Assembly (NCBI GenBank): GCA_963727845.1
Contig: CAVSHI010000003.1
Location: 937,913-1,001,912, forward strand
Length of the DNA: 64,000 nucleotides
Reading direction: 5' to 3'
DNA from: Ignavibacteriota bacterium
GTDB lineage: Bacteria; Bacteroidota; Ignavibacteria; UBA10030; SZUA-254
The notes beneath the pieces were generated by a model. The model ran no database searches, was not told the origin of the DNA, and worked only from the letters and a program-made list of their open reading frames with translations. Of the stretch, positions 24,969 through 34,777 are shown in pieces (within the stretch, counting starts at the first letter, position 1; the number at the start of each line of letters is the position of its first letter). Position numbers and translations under genes: made by a program.

Positions 24969-27356
24969 TCATCGATTGATCCGACATACCATCGAGTTCA
25001 TTCCACCATGAAGCGCGTGCCGCGAACTATCCGGCAGAATTGCCATAGCTTCAACTGCCGCAGGAACAGTCGCCGAAAGTTGAAATTCCTTCTTTGTGCG
25101 AGTCCATTTCACGATGATTTTTCCTGCCGGACTGTCGAAAGATGCCGATGCTTTCTTCATATCGCCCGGCTGCGGCGCTATGAGAATCTTGTGCCAGCCA
25201 ACACTTCCTGGCTGCTGGCGAATACCGGCAACGTACGCGAACTGCCACTCCATAAGTTGTCCGAGCATAAAATGGTTCATGCTATTTCCCGTCCCGGGTT
25301 TCGCCTCCCAGCTTTCGGGGAGCGTCGTGAGACCAAGCTTTACCATATATCCATAGCTTCCAACTCCTTCCCGGCTGTACACTTTGTGCAGGACGTCTCC
25401 GCGACCGCCTTCTGCCAGCGCCCGTATCAGGAAAACATGGAGCACTTCGCCGGTGGTTTGCTGCCATCCCCGCCGCTGCAGATCATCGACGATCGCTTGC
25501 AACGCTCCCTCGCGGTCTTCGTCGGGCACGAGTCCCATGCACAGAGCGGTCGCATTCCCCGCCTGACAGGAGCCGCCGTTCTTCACCGTCTTTGTTTGTG
25601 GATCGTAGAAATTTCGCTGAAAGTCCTTCTTCACCTGGCTGTACAGACTGTCGTAATGGTTGGAATCTTCCCGCCGATTCAAGACTCTAGCGGCGTTGGC
25701 TACCGTTCTGGCACCGAGCGCCCAGACCGCCGTTGCCGAAACCTGCGTTGGCGTCCATTGGGACGGCCCGTCTCCTTTTCCGTGTCCGTAGTCGTACCAG
25801 TCGCCGAGGTTGCTTGCGATCACTCCATCTTTCGCCTGGCTTGAAAGGTAATCGACGTACCGCTTCATGCTTTCGAACGAAACTGCCAGGGTGCTTGTGT
25901 CTCCGTACCATTCATACAACTGCCAGGGGACGAGAACTCCGGAAATTCCCCACTCGGGAGCTTCGTTCCAATAACCATGCGGGGGAATGCCGACCAGGTA
26001 ATTCGGACAGTTGGTTGGAATGTGGCCGTCGGGTAGTTGCGTATCTCGTACGTCGTGCATGATCTTGCGATACCAGTCACGTACGTCAAAAAGATACGCG
26101 ATCGCTCTCGCCATGTGCCAGTTTTCTTCCTGCCAGCCGTTCTTCTCGCGGTGGGGACAGTCGGTCGCGACGTGACTCATGTTCGACCGTATTGACCAAT
26201 CGATCAACCGGTGAGCGGCATTCTGCAATGTACTGGAACATTCGAATGAGCCGACCCGCCGGTTGGCAGCGCGAATATGGACGAGTTCCAGTTTCCCTAT
26301 GACCGGCAGTTTTTCCGGATTCGGATACCCGGCGGGAACGGCGCCCGTCACTCCGACATACTGGCCGCCGACATAACAGAAAAGTATCTGATGAGACTCA
26401 TCTTTGGCGCCGGACAATGTATAATCGTGCCAGATATCCTTGTTTGTTCCCCATGTGTACGTGAAACGGACGCGGCCGGTGGAGTCGATATATTCACAGG
26501 GTTTGAAGCGGATGCGGCTTCCCGATTTGCCGGTAACGGTAAACCGCAGGAGCGCGGAACAATTCTGCGGGAAGATATAGGTGTATTCTCCAGAACCAAT
26601 CTTTACAATCTTTATATTTTTGAATACTTCAAATTCTTTGACCGCCGGGCCGGGCAGTGGGACCAGTTTGCCCTCTGGGGCAGGGAAAGTGGCTGCATGG
26701 TTCCAATTTTCATCGTCGAATCCCGGTTTGTCCCAGCCAATTGGATTGAGGCGCGCATCGTAATCCTCGCCGGCGTAGATGTGCGAGAAAGTGAGCGGGC
26801 CCGGAGTCCATTTCCACAACGAGTCGCTGACAATCACCGTATCGACACCGGATGCCAATCGTATGCGAGCTTCAAGCCACAGGAGGTACGGATGACCGTT
26901 GGAAAAATCAGGCATTGCATCGGTTTTGGAGTAGCGGCCTGAATCGTTCGGTGGACCGACGCGCCAGAAGGAATTTCCGAGCATCACACCAAAAACATTT
27001 TCGCCCTTTGACAGCAAACGGGAGACATCGAATTCCTGAGTGTAGAGTGTTTTGTTGTATTCAGACCAGGCCTGGTTTATCACAGACTCCCCGACTTGCC
27101 TGCCGTTGAGTCGAAGCTGGTAATGACCCAGTCCGACAATGCGGATGGTGCCTTTTAGCGGCTTCTCTTTCAGTAAAAACCGTGAGCGCAGGATCGGGCA
27201 GGGCTGTTGATCCGCCGCGCGACCATCAATTGAAGGGCCGATCCATTGAGGAGTTATATCGGTCCCTCCAGATTGGGGGGCCGGGACTTGTGAGAGGATG
27301 GAACCGCAAGTACATACGATGAGAGATGCAGCGAGTAGTAATTGTTTGATGTGCAT
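24969..27356 (-). CDS. alpha-L-rhamnosidase, glycoside hydrolase family 78
   Basis: GH78 catalytic hallmark TDCPHREKNGWQEE…, plus NLGDWYDY and six-hairpin-domain segments. Signal peptide MHIKQLLLAASLIVCTCGS from ATG at 27356; the track ORF extends spuriously to 27539. Confidence 0.8.
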   Translation of the reverse strand: MHIKQLLLAASLIVCTCGSILSQVPAPQSGGTDITPQWIGPSIDGRAADQQPCPILRSRFLLKEKPLKGTIRIVGLGHYQLRLNGRQVGESVINQAWSEYNKTLYTQEFDVSRLLSKGENVFGVMLGNSFWRVGPPNDSGRYSKTDAMPDFSNGHPYLLWLEARIRLASGVDTVIVSDSLWKWTPGPLTFSHIYAGEDYDARLNPIGWDKPGFDDENWNHAATFPAPEGKLVPLPGPAVKEFEVFKNIKIVKIGSGEYTYIFPQNCSALLRFTVTGKSGSRIRFKPCEYIDSTGRVRFTYTWGTNKDIWHDYTLSGAKDESHQILFCYVGGQYVGVTGAVPAGYPNPEKLPVIGKLELVHIRAANRRVGSFECSSTLQNAAHRLIDWSIRSNMSHVATDCPHREKNGWQEENWHMARAIAYLFDVRDWYRKIMHDVRDTQLPDGHIPTNCPNYLVGIPPHGYWNEAPEWGISGVLVPWQLYEWYGDTSTLAVSFESMKRYVDYLSSQAKDGVIASNLGDWYDYGHGKGDGPSQWTPTQVSATAVWALGARTVANAARVLNRREDSNHYDSLYSQVKKDFQRNFYDPQTKTVKNGGSCQAGNATALCMGLVPDEDREGALQAIVDDLQRRGWQQTTGEVLHVFLIRALAEGGRGDVLHKVYSREGVGSYGYMVKLGLTTLPESWEAKPGTGNSMNHFMLGQLMEWQFAYVAGIRQQPGSVGWHKILIAPQPGDMKKASASFDSPAGKIIVKWTRTKKEFQLSATVPAAVEAMAILPDSSRHALHGGMNSMVCRINR

Positions 27357-27648
27357 GTTTACTCCGCTGGTGATGAAGGAACGCAGTCGCTTGTCATTCT
27401 GAATCCGCCGACTTGCCCGCCGTGTTCTTGGCGTGAGGCGTATGAAGAATCTCATCCATGTATTGTCAGATCCTTCTCCCGTCCCGAAAAGAATCGGGAC
27501 GCGATCAGGATGACATTCTTCATTTTTTAGATGTCTCAAGTTCTAATATCGAAACCTTAAACAAACCCGTCTTGCTGACATTCTTTGGGTCAGCAACTAA
27601 GCGTAGCAGTCAATTGACGAAGAGAAACAATCGTCAATGAAAATGGTA

Positions 27649-28548
27649 TCATTTCAATTTGTCTCCTTCATTAAGCGGTGCCAAGTAGACCGAGCTTTCA
27701 TCCTCATGTGCGCCCCAGTCATAAACTATTGATTTCTCATCATTCGAGATATCCCAACTCAGGATATTTTGGTCATGACCACACTCAAATACTTTCTTCG
27801 CCGGGTTCTTTCCTTCGACATCTATTTTCCACACCGAATAATTGTCGCCGTAGTATAGAAATTTGGCATCGTTCGACCACTTTGCATGTTTTACTGTTAT
27901 CCCTTGCAAGAAGATCGCCTGACCGTCGCCGCTTGCCATCATAAGCCAAATTCTTGGCTGACCTGAATTGTGGTCCACACGTAGATAAGCGATGAGCTTC
28001 CCATTGGGAGACCAATCTCCCATGTATTCAAACTCCCTCTCCGGCTCTTTTGTCAGAGGTTGGGTGTACTCACCGCTTGTGTCAACGATCCAAAGTTGGC
28101 TGCCGTGGGAAAAGACAATGTTCTTCCCGTCCGGTGACCACAATGGGAATATATCGATTGAATCATGCATGCTAGACTGCTTGAGCAAACGATGCGGATT
28201 GCTGCCATCGGAGTTCATGACAAAAAGTTGATAGGATGTGTCGCGAACACCTTGGAACTGATAAACCAGCTTGCTGCCGTCAGGGCTCCATGAAGCATTG
28301 ACCTCTTCGGGAGCATGACCAATTTGTCTTTTGTTCTTGCCTGTAACACTCATCGTCCAAATCTTTCCGTTGTGCCGGTAGACGATCTTTGTACCTTGAC
28401 GGTTGAACTTAGGTGAGTCGCCATCCGCCAGAACTTTCACTTTGGATTGTCCATCCACCCGTAACATTGTGTAAAGAGAGACGATGGCGATACATACCAA
28501 TTTGACCATGATCGGACATCCTGTCTTTATACTTCTTCCTTTTAGCAC
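27649..28548 (-). CDS. TolB-like beta-propeller protein (PD40/WD40-like repeats), secreted
   Basis: Repeated SWSPDGSKLVY / LWSPDGKNIVF / DWSPNGKLIAY motifs. Signal-anchor MVKLVCIAIVSLYTM (start probably 28509). Confidence 0.65.
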   Translation of the reverse strand: MLKGRSIKTGCPIMVKLVCIAIVSLYTMLRVDGQSKVKVLADGDSPKFNRQGTKIVYRHNGKIWTMSVTGKNKRQIGHAPEEVNASWSPDGSKLVYQFQGVRDTSYQLFVMNSDGSNPHRLLKQSSMHDSIDIFPLWSPDGKNIVFSHGSQLWIVDTSGEYTQPLTKEPEREFEYMGDWSPNGKLIAYLRVDHNSGQPRIWLMMASGDGQAIFLQGITVKHAKWSNDAKFLYYGDNYSVWKIDVEGKNPAKKVFECGHDQNILSWDISNDEKSIVYDWGAHEDESSVYLAPLNEGDKLK

Positions 28549-28614
28549 AGAGTTACCTAACCAAAAATCAATACGCCTTACGCTCAGTTTTCTGCATTCG
28601 TGAGCGGTTGTTGT

Positions 28615-29892
28615 TTACGCCGCCCCTTCCCTCAGCTCCCGCGCCATCACCAACTTATTATACAGGTACATCAGAAGCGTCCCCAGAGCGCCAATCCCCA
28701 CAAGCGCAAACCACACCAGGTTTATTCTGCCGCTCGATTTCGTCGTCTGGTACAACCATCCGCCGATCGGGTCGCCGACAAACCTCGCGATCGCGATGGG
28801 CAGGAACGCATATCCCTGGAACAATCCCTGCTGTCCCGGGGGCGCGATCTCGGAAATGTATTCGTAATACCGCGGCGCCTGGATCATCTCACCGATCGCA
28901 AACGCGACGATGCCGGCGATGATTGTCGGGATGCTCGGGTACAGTCCGATGATGAGCCAGATGAGACTTGAAATCGCGAACCCGAGAACGATTGCCTTGC
29001 GCGTCGGGATGTTCTTCGTCATCCGGTTGAGCGGGATTTGCAGCAGGATGATCGCCCCCGCACCCGCCCATGATTGGATGATTTCGTAGGGCGCGTTCTT
29101 GTCGATAAAATCCGTGATGTAATACGGAACGATGATATACTCCTGCCAGAAGATGATCCAGTACAGCGAATAGATGAGAAGAAAGATTATGAACTTGAAA
29201 TTCGCCAGCACCACGAAAAGATTGGCAATTTTTTTCCCGAGCGATTCCACAACTTCCGTCTTCGCGCTTTTCACTTCCTTGTAGAGCAGGAGGTTCACAA
29301 TGATCATCGCGAAACAGCTGATGGCGGAAACCATGTAGACGAACTCGTTGCCGAAGCTATCCCTCACGAAATAGGCGATTGTGGGTCCCAGCATCGCGCC
29401 CGCGTTTACAAGCCAGTAGTACACTGCGAAACCGAGCGACTTGGTTTTCTCCGTCGATGTGACTGCCACGGTGCCGAGCACTGACGGCTTGATGAACGAG
29501 CCGCCAAAAGCGGTGAGTACCAGGAACGCCATGAGGAGCCAGTAGTGGTCAAGACCGCCGTAGACGCCGGCGAAAGCGCTCATGCCCACCGACCCGATCA
29601 GGAAGTAGCCGAGCGCCAGGATGGAAAACGCGATGTTAAAGGCGCGGCGGAATCCCCATTTGTCGGCAAGCGTGCCGCCCAGAATCGGAAGGAGATAGAG
29701 TAAGCCGCCGAAGAGGCCGGAGAGCTGTCCCGCCTCCGACTCGGTGAAGCCCAGCTTGTTGCGCATGTAGATCATGAAAACGATCTGCTGGCCGTAGTAG
29801 GCGAGCCGCTCAAACAACTCCATGATGTTCGCAACCCAGAAGGTCCGGTGAAAGCCGTTCCGGAAGGCGTCAAACTGTTCTTTTAGTTTCAT
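28615..29892 (-). CDS. proton-dependent oligopeptide transporter (POT/PTR2 family, MFS)
   Basis: PTR2 signature ELFERLAYYG near the N-terminus; ~12 TM helices. Confidence 0.8.
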   Translation of the reverse strand: MKLKEQFDAFRNGFHRTFWVANIMELFERLAYYGQQIVFMIYMRNKLGFTESEAGQLSGLFGGLLYLLPILGGTLADKWGFRRAFNIAFSILALGYFLIGSVGMSAFAGVYGGLDHYWLLMAFLVLTAFGGSFIKPSVLGTVAVTSTEKTKSLGFAVYYWLVNAGAMLGPTIAYFVRDSFGNEFVYMVSAISCFAMIIVNLLLYKEVKSAKTEVVESLGKKIANLFVVLANFKFIIFLLIYSLYWIIFWQEYIIVPYYITDFIDKNAPYEIIQSWAGAGAIILLQIPLNRMTKNIPTRKAIVLGFAISSLIWLIIGLYPSIPTIIAGIVAFAIGEMIQAPRYYEYISEIAPPGQQGLFQGYAFLPIAIARFVGDPIGGWLYQTTKSSGRINLVWFALVGIGALGTLLMYLYNKLVMARELREGAA

Positions 29893-30260
29893 GTATGTTC
29901 CTTCGTTCGATGATCGAGCATGCGCTTGATGTTAACGACTTTCGAAAGTAGCAAAATCGAGGGTCAGAATCAAGATGGAGGCACCGGTGGCTGTCGCGGC
30001 CGGCCCGCTGCGCAAACCCAACGTCATCCCGACACGCTTCTAGTCGGGATCTATGCGTTGCCTGCTCGGTTTAGTTGCTGACCAGATCCTTCGACTACTC
30101 AGGACGGGCTTGGAAAAGGGGAGTCGGCAATAACCGGGTTTGGGGTTGGGGTAAAGGGCAAAGAGAATTTTTCAATCCACAATCGCCAATCCACAATTCA
30201 CAATCCTTTTGTCTGTCTCTGGCTTTTTTCTTATCTTAGAAAAAATCTGCGGTCAATTTT

Positions 30261-31307
30261 ATGAAGGCAATTCGATTCAGCGCATTCGGCGGGACGGACG
30301 TCCTGCGATACGAGGAAGCTCCGAGACCGGTCATCGGTCCGGGAGAGATTCTCGTTCAGCTGAAAGCCGCGGCGCTCAACCATCTCGATCTCTGGGTTCG
30401 CAGCGGCGCTCGCGAGCGAAACATCCCGCTGCCGCACATTCCCGGCTCAGACGGCGCGGGCATCATTGCGGAAGTCGGGTCTGCAGTCAACGGGCCGAAG
30501 CCCGGCGACGAAGTTCTCATTTCACCCGGCCTCTCATGCGGGCATTGCGACCTGTGCCTGGGCGGTCGCGACAATCTCTGCAAAAATTATCGCGTTCTGG
30601 GCACGAAGGAGGATGGCACTTACGCCGAGTTTGTGAAAATACCGGCCGCGAATGTCCTCCCGATTCCCGAAGGTCTGGATTTAAATGAGGCCGCCGCAAT
30701 TCCGCTGGTGTTCCTGACGGCATGGCACATGCTCGCAACGCTTGCAAAGGTGCGGTCATCAGATACGGTGCTGGTGCACGGGGCGGGAAGCGGTGTCGGT
30801 TCTGCCGGCATTCAAATCGCGAAACTCCTCGGCGCGCACGTCATCACGACTGCCGGATCGCAGGAAAAGCTGGAGAAGGCAAAGAAGCTCGGGGCCGATG
30901 AGCTGATCAATTATCGTGAGAACGATTTTGTCGAAGAGGTCAAAAAGCTCACCGGCAAGCGGGGAGTGGATGTCGTGTTTGAGCACATAGGCGGAGAGGT
31001 ATTTGAGAAGAGTATTACAGTGTTGGCAAAAGGAGGTCGGATTGTGACCTGCGGTGCTACGACCGAGTTCGTGGCCAAACTTGACCTCCGGTATGTCTAT
31101 TCCCGACATCAAACAATTTATGGATCCTGGATGGGAGGGAAACCGGAATTGACCGAAGTTTTGAAATTCTTCCGAAAAGGAGCCGGGCAAGAACATCATC
31201 GCCTTCAGCCGGTTGTCGACCGCGTTTTCCCACTTGCCCAGGCCGCTGAAGCTCAGCGGTATATGGAGGAACGGAAGAATTTCGGGAAGGTGGTGTTGAG
31301 CATATGA
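30261..31307 (+). CDS. zinc-type alcohol dehydrogenase / quinone oxidoreductase (MDR superfamily)
   Basis: GroES-like N-domain with Zn ligands (…GSDGAGII…, CGHCDLCLGGRDNLC). Rossmann GAGSGVGSAGIQ. Confidence 0.8.
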   Translation: MKAIRFSAFGGTDVLRYEEAPRPVIGPGEILVQLKAAALNHLDLWVRSGARERNIPLPHIPGSDGAGIIAEVGSAVNGPKPGDEVLISPGLSCGHCDLCLGGRDNLCKNYRVLGTKEDGTYAEFVKIPAANVLPIPEGLDLNEAAAIPLVFLTAWHMLATLAKVRSSDTVLVHGAGSGVGSAGIQIAKLLGAHVITTAGSQEKLEKAKKLGADELINYRENDFVEEVKKLTGKRGVDVVFEHIGGEVFEKSITVLAKGGRIVTCGATTEFVAKLDLRYVYSRHQTIYGSWMGGKPELTEVLKFFRKGAGQEHHRLQPVVDRVFPLAQAAEAQRYMEERKNFGKVVLSI

Positions 31308-32251
31308 CCACCTTCTCCGACATCGAACGCGCCTACAAGACTCTCCAGCCCGTCGTCCACAAGACGCCGCTTCTCTCTTCGCGAACGTTCAACCGGATCA
31401 CCGGAAACGAGGTCTATTTCAAAGCGGAAAATTTTCAGCGCATCGGCGCCTTCAAATTCCGGGGAGCTTACAACAAAATTGCATCATTGACGGAAGAAGA
31501 ACGGCGGAAGGGGGTTGTGGCACATTCATCGGGAAACCATGCACAGGGCGTTGCGCTCGCAGCCAGCCTTTTTGGTATCAAAGCGGTTGTGGTGATGCCT
31601 CACGATTCCGTTGCGCTCAAAGTTGAAGGCACAAAGAGCTACGGCGCTGAGGTTGTCTTCTGCGGCAACACCACCGACGACCGGGAGCGCGTAACGGCCG
31701 AACTCATAGCACAATTCGGCTACACTCTGATCCATCCGTACAATGATGAACGTCTCATCGCAGGGCAGGGAACGATGGTTCTCGAAATATTCCAGGACAT
31801 CAAGGAACTCGACTATCTTTTTGTTCCCATCGGCGGCGGCGGACTCATTGCCGGCTGCGCGCTCGCCGCCAGGAATCTCTTCCCGCAGATCAAAATCATC
31901 GGAGTGGAGACGGATGGCGCGAATGATTGCTATCAATCCTTCCGCGCGAAGAAAATAATCAAGCTGCAATCCACCAACACGATTGCCGACGGGATGCGCA
32001 CGCTCTCTGTCGGCCCCATCAACTTCAACATTATCCTGCGCTGCGTCGACGACGTCATCACGATCGCGGACAACGACATACTGCCGATGATGAAATTTTT
32101 CTTTGAGCGGATGAAGATTGTCGTGGAACCAACCGGGGCTGTCGCTCCGGCCGCAGTCATGAAAAATGCCGCCGGTATCAAGGGTAAGAAAATTTGTGCC
32201 ATCATCAGCGGCGGCAATGTCGACCCGCAGTTCCTGAAGAAGATCCTGTGA
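31304..32251 (+). CDS. PLP-dependent threonine/serine dehydratase-family enzyme (fold-type II, no ACT domain)
   Basis: PLP-lysine region (FKAENFQRIGAFKFRGAYN), SxGNHAQG motif (HSSGNHAQG) and Gly-rich loop (VPIGGGGLIAG). Start overlaps the ADH stop. Confidence 0.75.
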   Translation: MTTFSDIERAYKTLQPVVHKTPLLSSRTFNRITGNEVYFKAENFQRIGAFKFRGAYNKIASLTEEERRKGVVAHSSGNHAQGVALAASLFGIKAVVVMPHDSVALKVEGTKSYGAEVVFCGNTTDDRERVTAELIAQFGYTLIHPYNDERLIAGQGTMVLEIFQDIKELDYLFVPIGGGGLIAGCALAARNLFPQIKIIGVETDGANDCYQSFRAKKIIKLQSTNTIADGMRTLSVGPINFNIILRCVDDVITIADNDILPMMKFFFERMKIVVEPTGAVAPAAVMKNAAGIKGKKICAIISGGNVDPQFLKKIL

Positions 32252-32466
32252 AACTGGACGGTTGTCGTTGGCCAGGAAGTCGAAAGCCTGGAAGAGTACG
32301 CCGCGTTGTCCCGCAAGACAATGTCCGACAAAAACCTGCAAAAGGTCATGAAGGATTATCACGACCTCGTCGTCTCAGGGCATCGTGAGATCTATCAGAT
32401 CGAGCAGTAAGACACAGTGAGTGAATACCAGGCCGCGAGTTTTCTTCCGGAGATCATTGAAAAACA

Positions 32467-32585
32467 TTTCCTGCCGTCTTTGCGAGGAGTCCCGCCTGGC
32501 GGGACGACGAAGCAATCCGACTTTCTGCATTAGATTCGGGGGTGAGATTGCTTCGTCCCGATAAATCGGGACTCGCAAAGACAGA
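32467..32585. repeat. ~120-nt imperfect palindrome / long hairpin element between convergent genes
   Basis: gtctttgcgagGAgtcccg…gggacgaCgaagcaatc…(28-nt loop)…gattgcttcgtccc…gtcccgat-aa-atcgggac…cgggactcgcaaagac. Outer ~16-bp and inner ~14-bp stems with single bulges. Confidence 0.55.
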
Positions 32586-32648
32586 CCTTTTGTTTTTTCA
32601 ACAACCTGTTAGGAAGCAAGCTCGCGGTTCGTTTTTCGGTCCGGCGGG

Positions 32649-33353
32649 TCAGCCGAGAATTTGTGCCGCAACGGTCACTGCGGCCGTTTCAGTCCGCAAC
32701 CGGCGCTGGCCAAGCGAGAATGCGGTGCAACCCTTCAAAATGCACATCTGAACTTCTTCTTCACTGAACCCTCCCTCGGGTCCAACCAGCACCAGGATGG
32801 GACCCCGCTCATCTCCGGCCAGCGTACGCAGAGAATCGGACAATTTCACCTGTTCGTGGGCAACCAGCGTCCGGTCAAATCGGTTGAAGTCATCGCACAC
32901 CCGCTCCAGCGGCGTCAATTCCCTCACACGCGGCAAGTATGCCCGTCCGCATTGTTTCATCGCTGCGAGTGCAAGCTTTTGCCAGCGATCCGTTTTCGCG
33001 TGTGACGGGATGGTCCGGTCTGTTTCGAGAGGAATGATTTCCTTCACTCCCAGCTCGGTTACTTTCTCGACGAGAAAATCGAACCGGGAAGGATTTTTTA
33101 GAATCCCGACGGCCAGCGTCAACCGGACCGCCGGTTCAAGATGGCTCCGGGAGGTCGCGGTAATTTTTCCCCTTGCCTGTTTCTTTCTTATCTCATCGAG
33201 CGTGACTTCGTGGAAAGTCCCTTCTCCGTCGACCACACCTATCACATCTCCGGTTTTCTTCCTCATCACATGAACAAGATGGGAAAACTCTTCCCCCTCG
33301 ATGAGAACAGACCCAGCGGATATTTTGTCGGGTGGACAGTAAAAATTATCCAT
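32649..33353 (-). CDS. rsmE: 16S rRNA (uracil1498-N3)-methyltransferase RsmE
   Basis: RsmE/SPOUT features incl. C-terminal LVGPEGGFSEEE motif and N-terminal PUA-like region. Confidence 0.8.
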   Translation of the reverse strand: MDNFYCPPDKISAGSVLIEGEEFSHLVHVMRKKTGDVIGVVDGEGTFHEVTLDEIRKKQARGKITATSRSHLEPAVRLTLAVGILKNPSRFDFLVEKVTELGVKEIIPLETDRTIPSHAKTDRWQKLALAAMKQCGRAYLPRVRELTPLERVCDDFNRFDRTLVAHEQVKLSDSLRTLAGDERGPILVLVGPEGGFSEEEVQMCILKGCTAFSLGQRRLRTETAAVTVAAQILG

Positions 33354-33369
33354 CGGTCAGCCGGGAACG

Positions 33370-34777
33370 CTAAAAATTTGAACCGAGGTCAATAATGAAT
33401 TCTCCCCGGCGGACTTCATTCAGCGCATAGTCCAGCCGAACGACCGTACTGTATGGCAGAAGGACGTTGAGGCCCGCTCCGTATCCTTTCTTCGAGCAAA
33501 TTGGCCGCTACCGGATTGCCCCGGAACCAGACCGTGCCCGCGTCCCCAAAAATCTCACCAACGAGGCCAAATCTCCACACACCGAACGCCGGCGGCAGGA
33601 TGTCCGTCTTAAAGTACCTGGCTGATAAAAGCGTATAATGCAGCTCGGCTGTTCCACCGAGGATGCTCTCACCTTCTTTCACATCGTTGAAGTGCCCGCG
33701 AATACGTTCGCTGTATCCGAAGTAAACCCGATTATAGCTTGGTGTTTGCCCCGCCGCCGCCACGTTTGTCATGACACGCATGGCAAGACCCAATCTTGAC
33801 TGGAGGGGAACGAACTCTCTCACATCCGCGGCATACCGGATGACATTCACAAGCGTCGAAGGAACGCCGTACTTCGTGACGGTTCCCTGAATGTACGAGC
33901 CCCTGAAAGGATACTCCGCGAGGTCCCTCGAATCATACGTGAACCCGCCGCTGAACACAGGATATTTGTCCTCTCCGCTCGGGGAAAGCGTCGTGAACGG
34001 ATTGTACTGGGAAACTCTGACGATTTCGTACCCGGCGGAAAGCCAGCCGGTGGTCGTGATGCCGGCTCGTTCTCCGAGAGTCAGGGAGACGTTGTAGTGC
34101 CGCTCATCAAAGTTACCCGAGGGGGCCATGGCCAGGAGACTCTTGTTCTGGACGACATTGGTACCGATACGCGCCTCAAGATAATGAGATCCATCTTCGG
34201 AAAGGAACGGATTCCGGTACGAAAGCTGTATCCACGGATTGTAGCCGAGTGCAAAGGAAGCGATCAGCTTTTCATTCCGCCCGCGAAAATTCATATGGAG
34301 GAGACCGAGTCCGTAATAAACCTTGCTCCAATCACGGTCCCAGATACCAAGAATCGGATAGGGATAGATAAACCAGCGTTCGGTCACATTCACGATGATG
34401 GTCGCATTACTGTCGATCGACGGTATTGCCTGTATATCAACCTTGTTGAAAAGACCGAGGCTGTAGATGCGATTTTTATCGTACTCGATGAGCTCCTTCG
34501 TGATCATGGAACCCGGTTTCAGGCTCATTTCACGCAGGACAACAAAATCTTTGGTATAGTCATTACCCGAGACGAGGATGCGGTCAACATAGTAGGCCGA
34601 ATCCTTGATTTCCCCTTCCACCGGGCGCATCCAGAGTGAATCCTGGGCTTTCGCCCCCGAGCCGGCAGCGACGAGCATGATGGCGCACAGAAAGAACGAC
34701 GCGCGGAACGAAGCGAACCGCGCCGTCGGCTGAAGGGAGAAGATTGTCACCGGAGATTGAACGATAGTCGGCCTCAA
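33370..34777 (-). CDS. Omp85-family outer-membrane protein (single POTRA + Bac_surface_Ag barrel), 3' end frameshifted
   Basis: POTRA (YYVDRILVSGNDYTKDFVVLREMSL…) and barrel. The track ORF ends at 33416 in a frame giving …RSGPQRPSAIQYGRSAGLCAE. An alternate frame from ~33505 gives the canonical Omp85 C-terminus KKGYGAGLNVLLPYSTVVRLDYALNEVRRGEFIIDLGSNF* ending at 33370. Confidence 0.7.

Noticed and set aside
25008-25844. 278-aa plus-strand ORF inside the GH78 gene
   Set aside because: Antisense to the conserved GH78 catalytic region.
27481-27595. Two small hairpins (CGTCCCGA-aaagaa-TCGGGACG at ~27481-27502; TTGCTGAC-attctttgg-GTCAGCAA at ~27570-27594) between the TolB-like gene end and the GH78 start
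   Set aside because: Plausible ordinary terminator/5'-UTR hairpins; nothing beyond routine structure.
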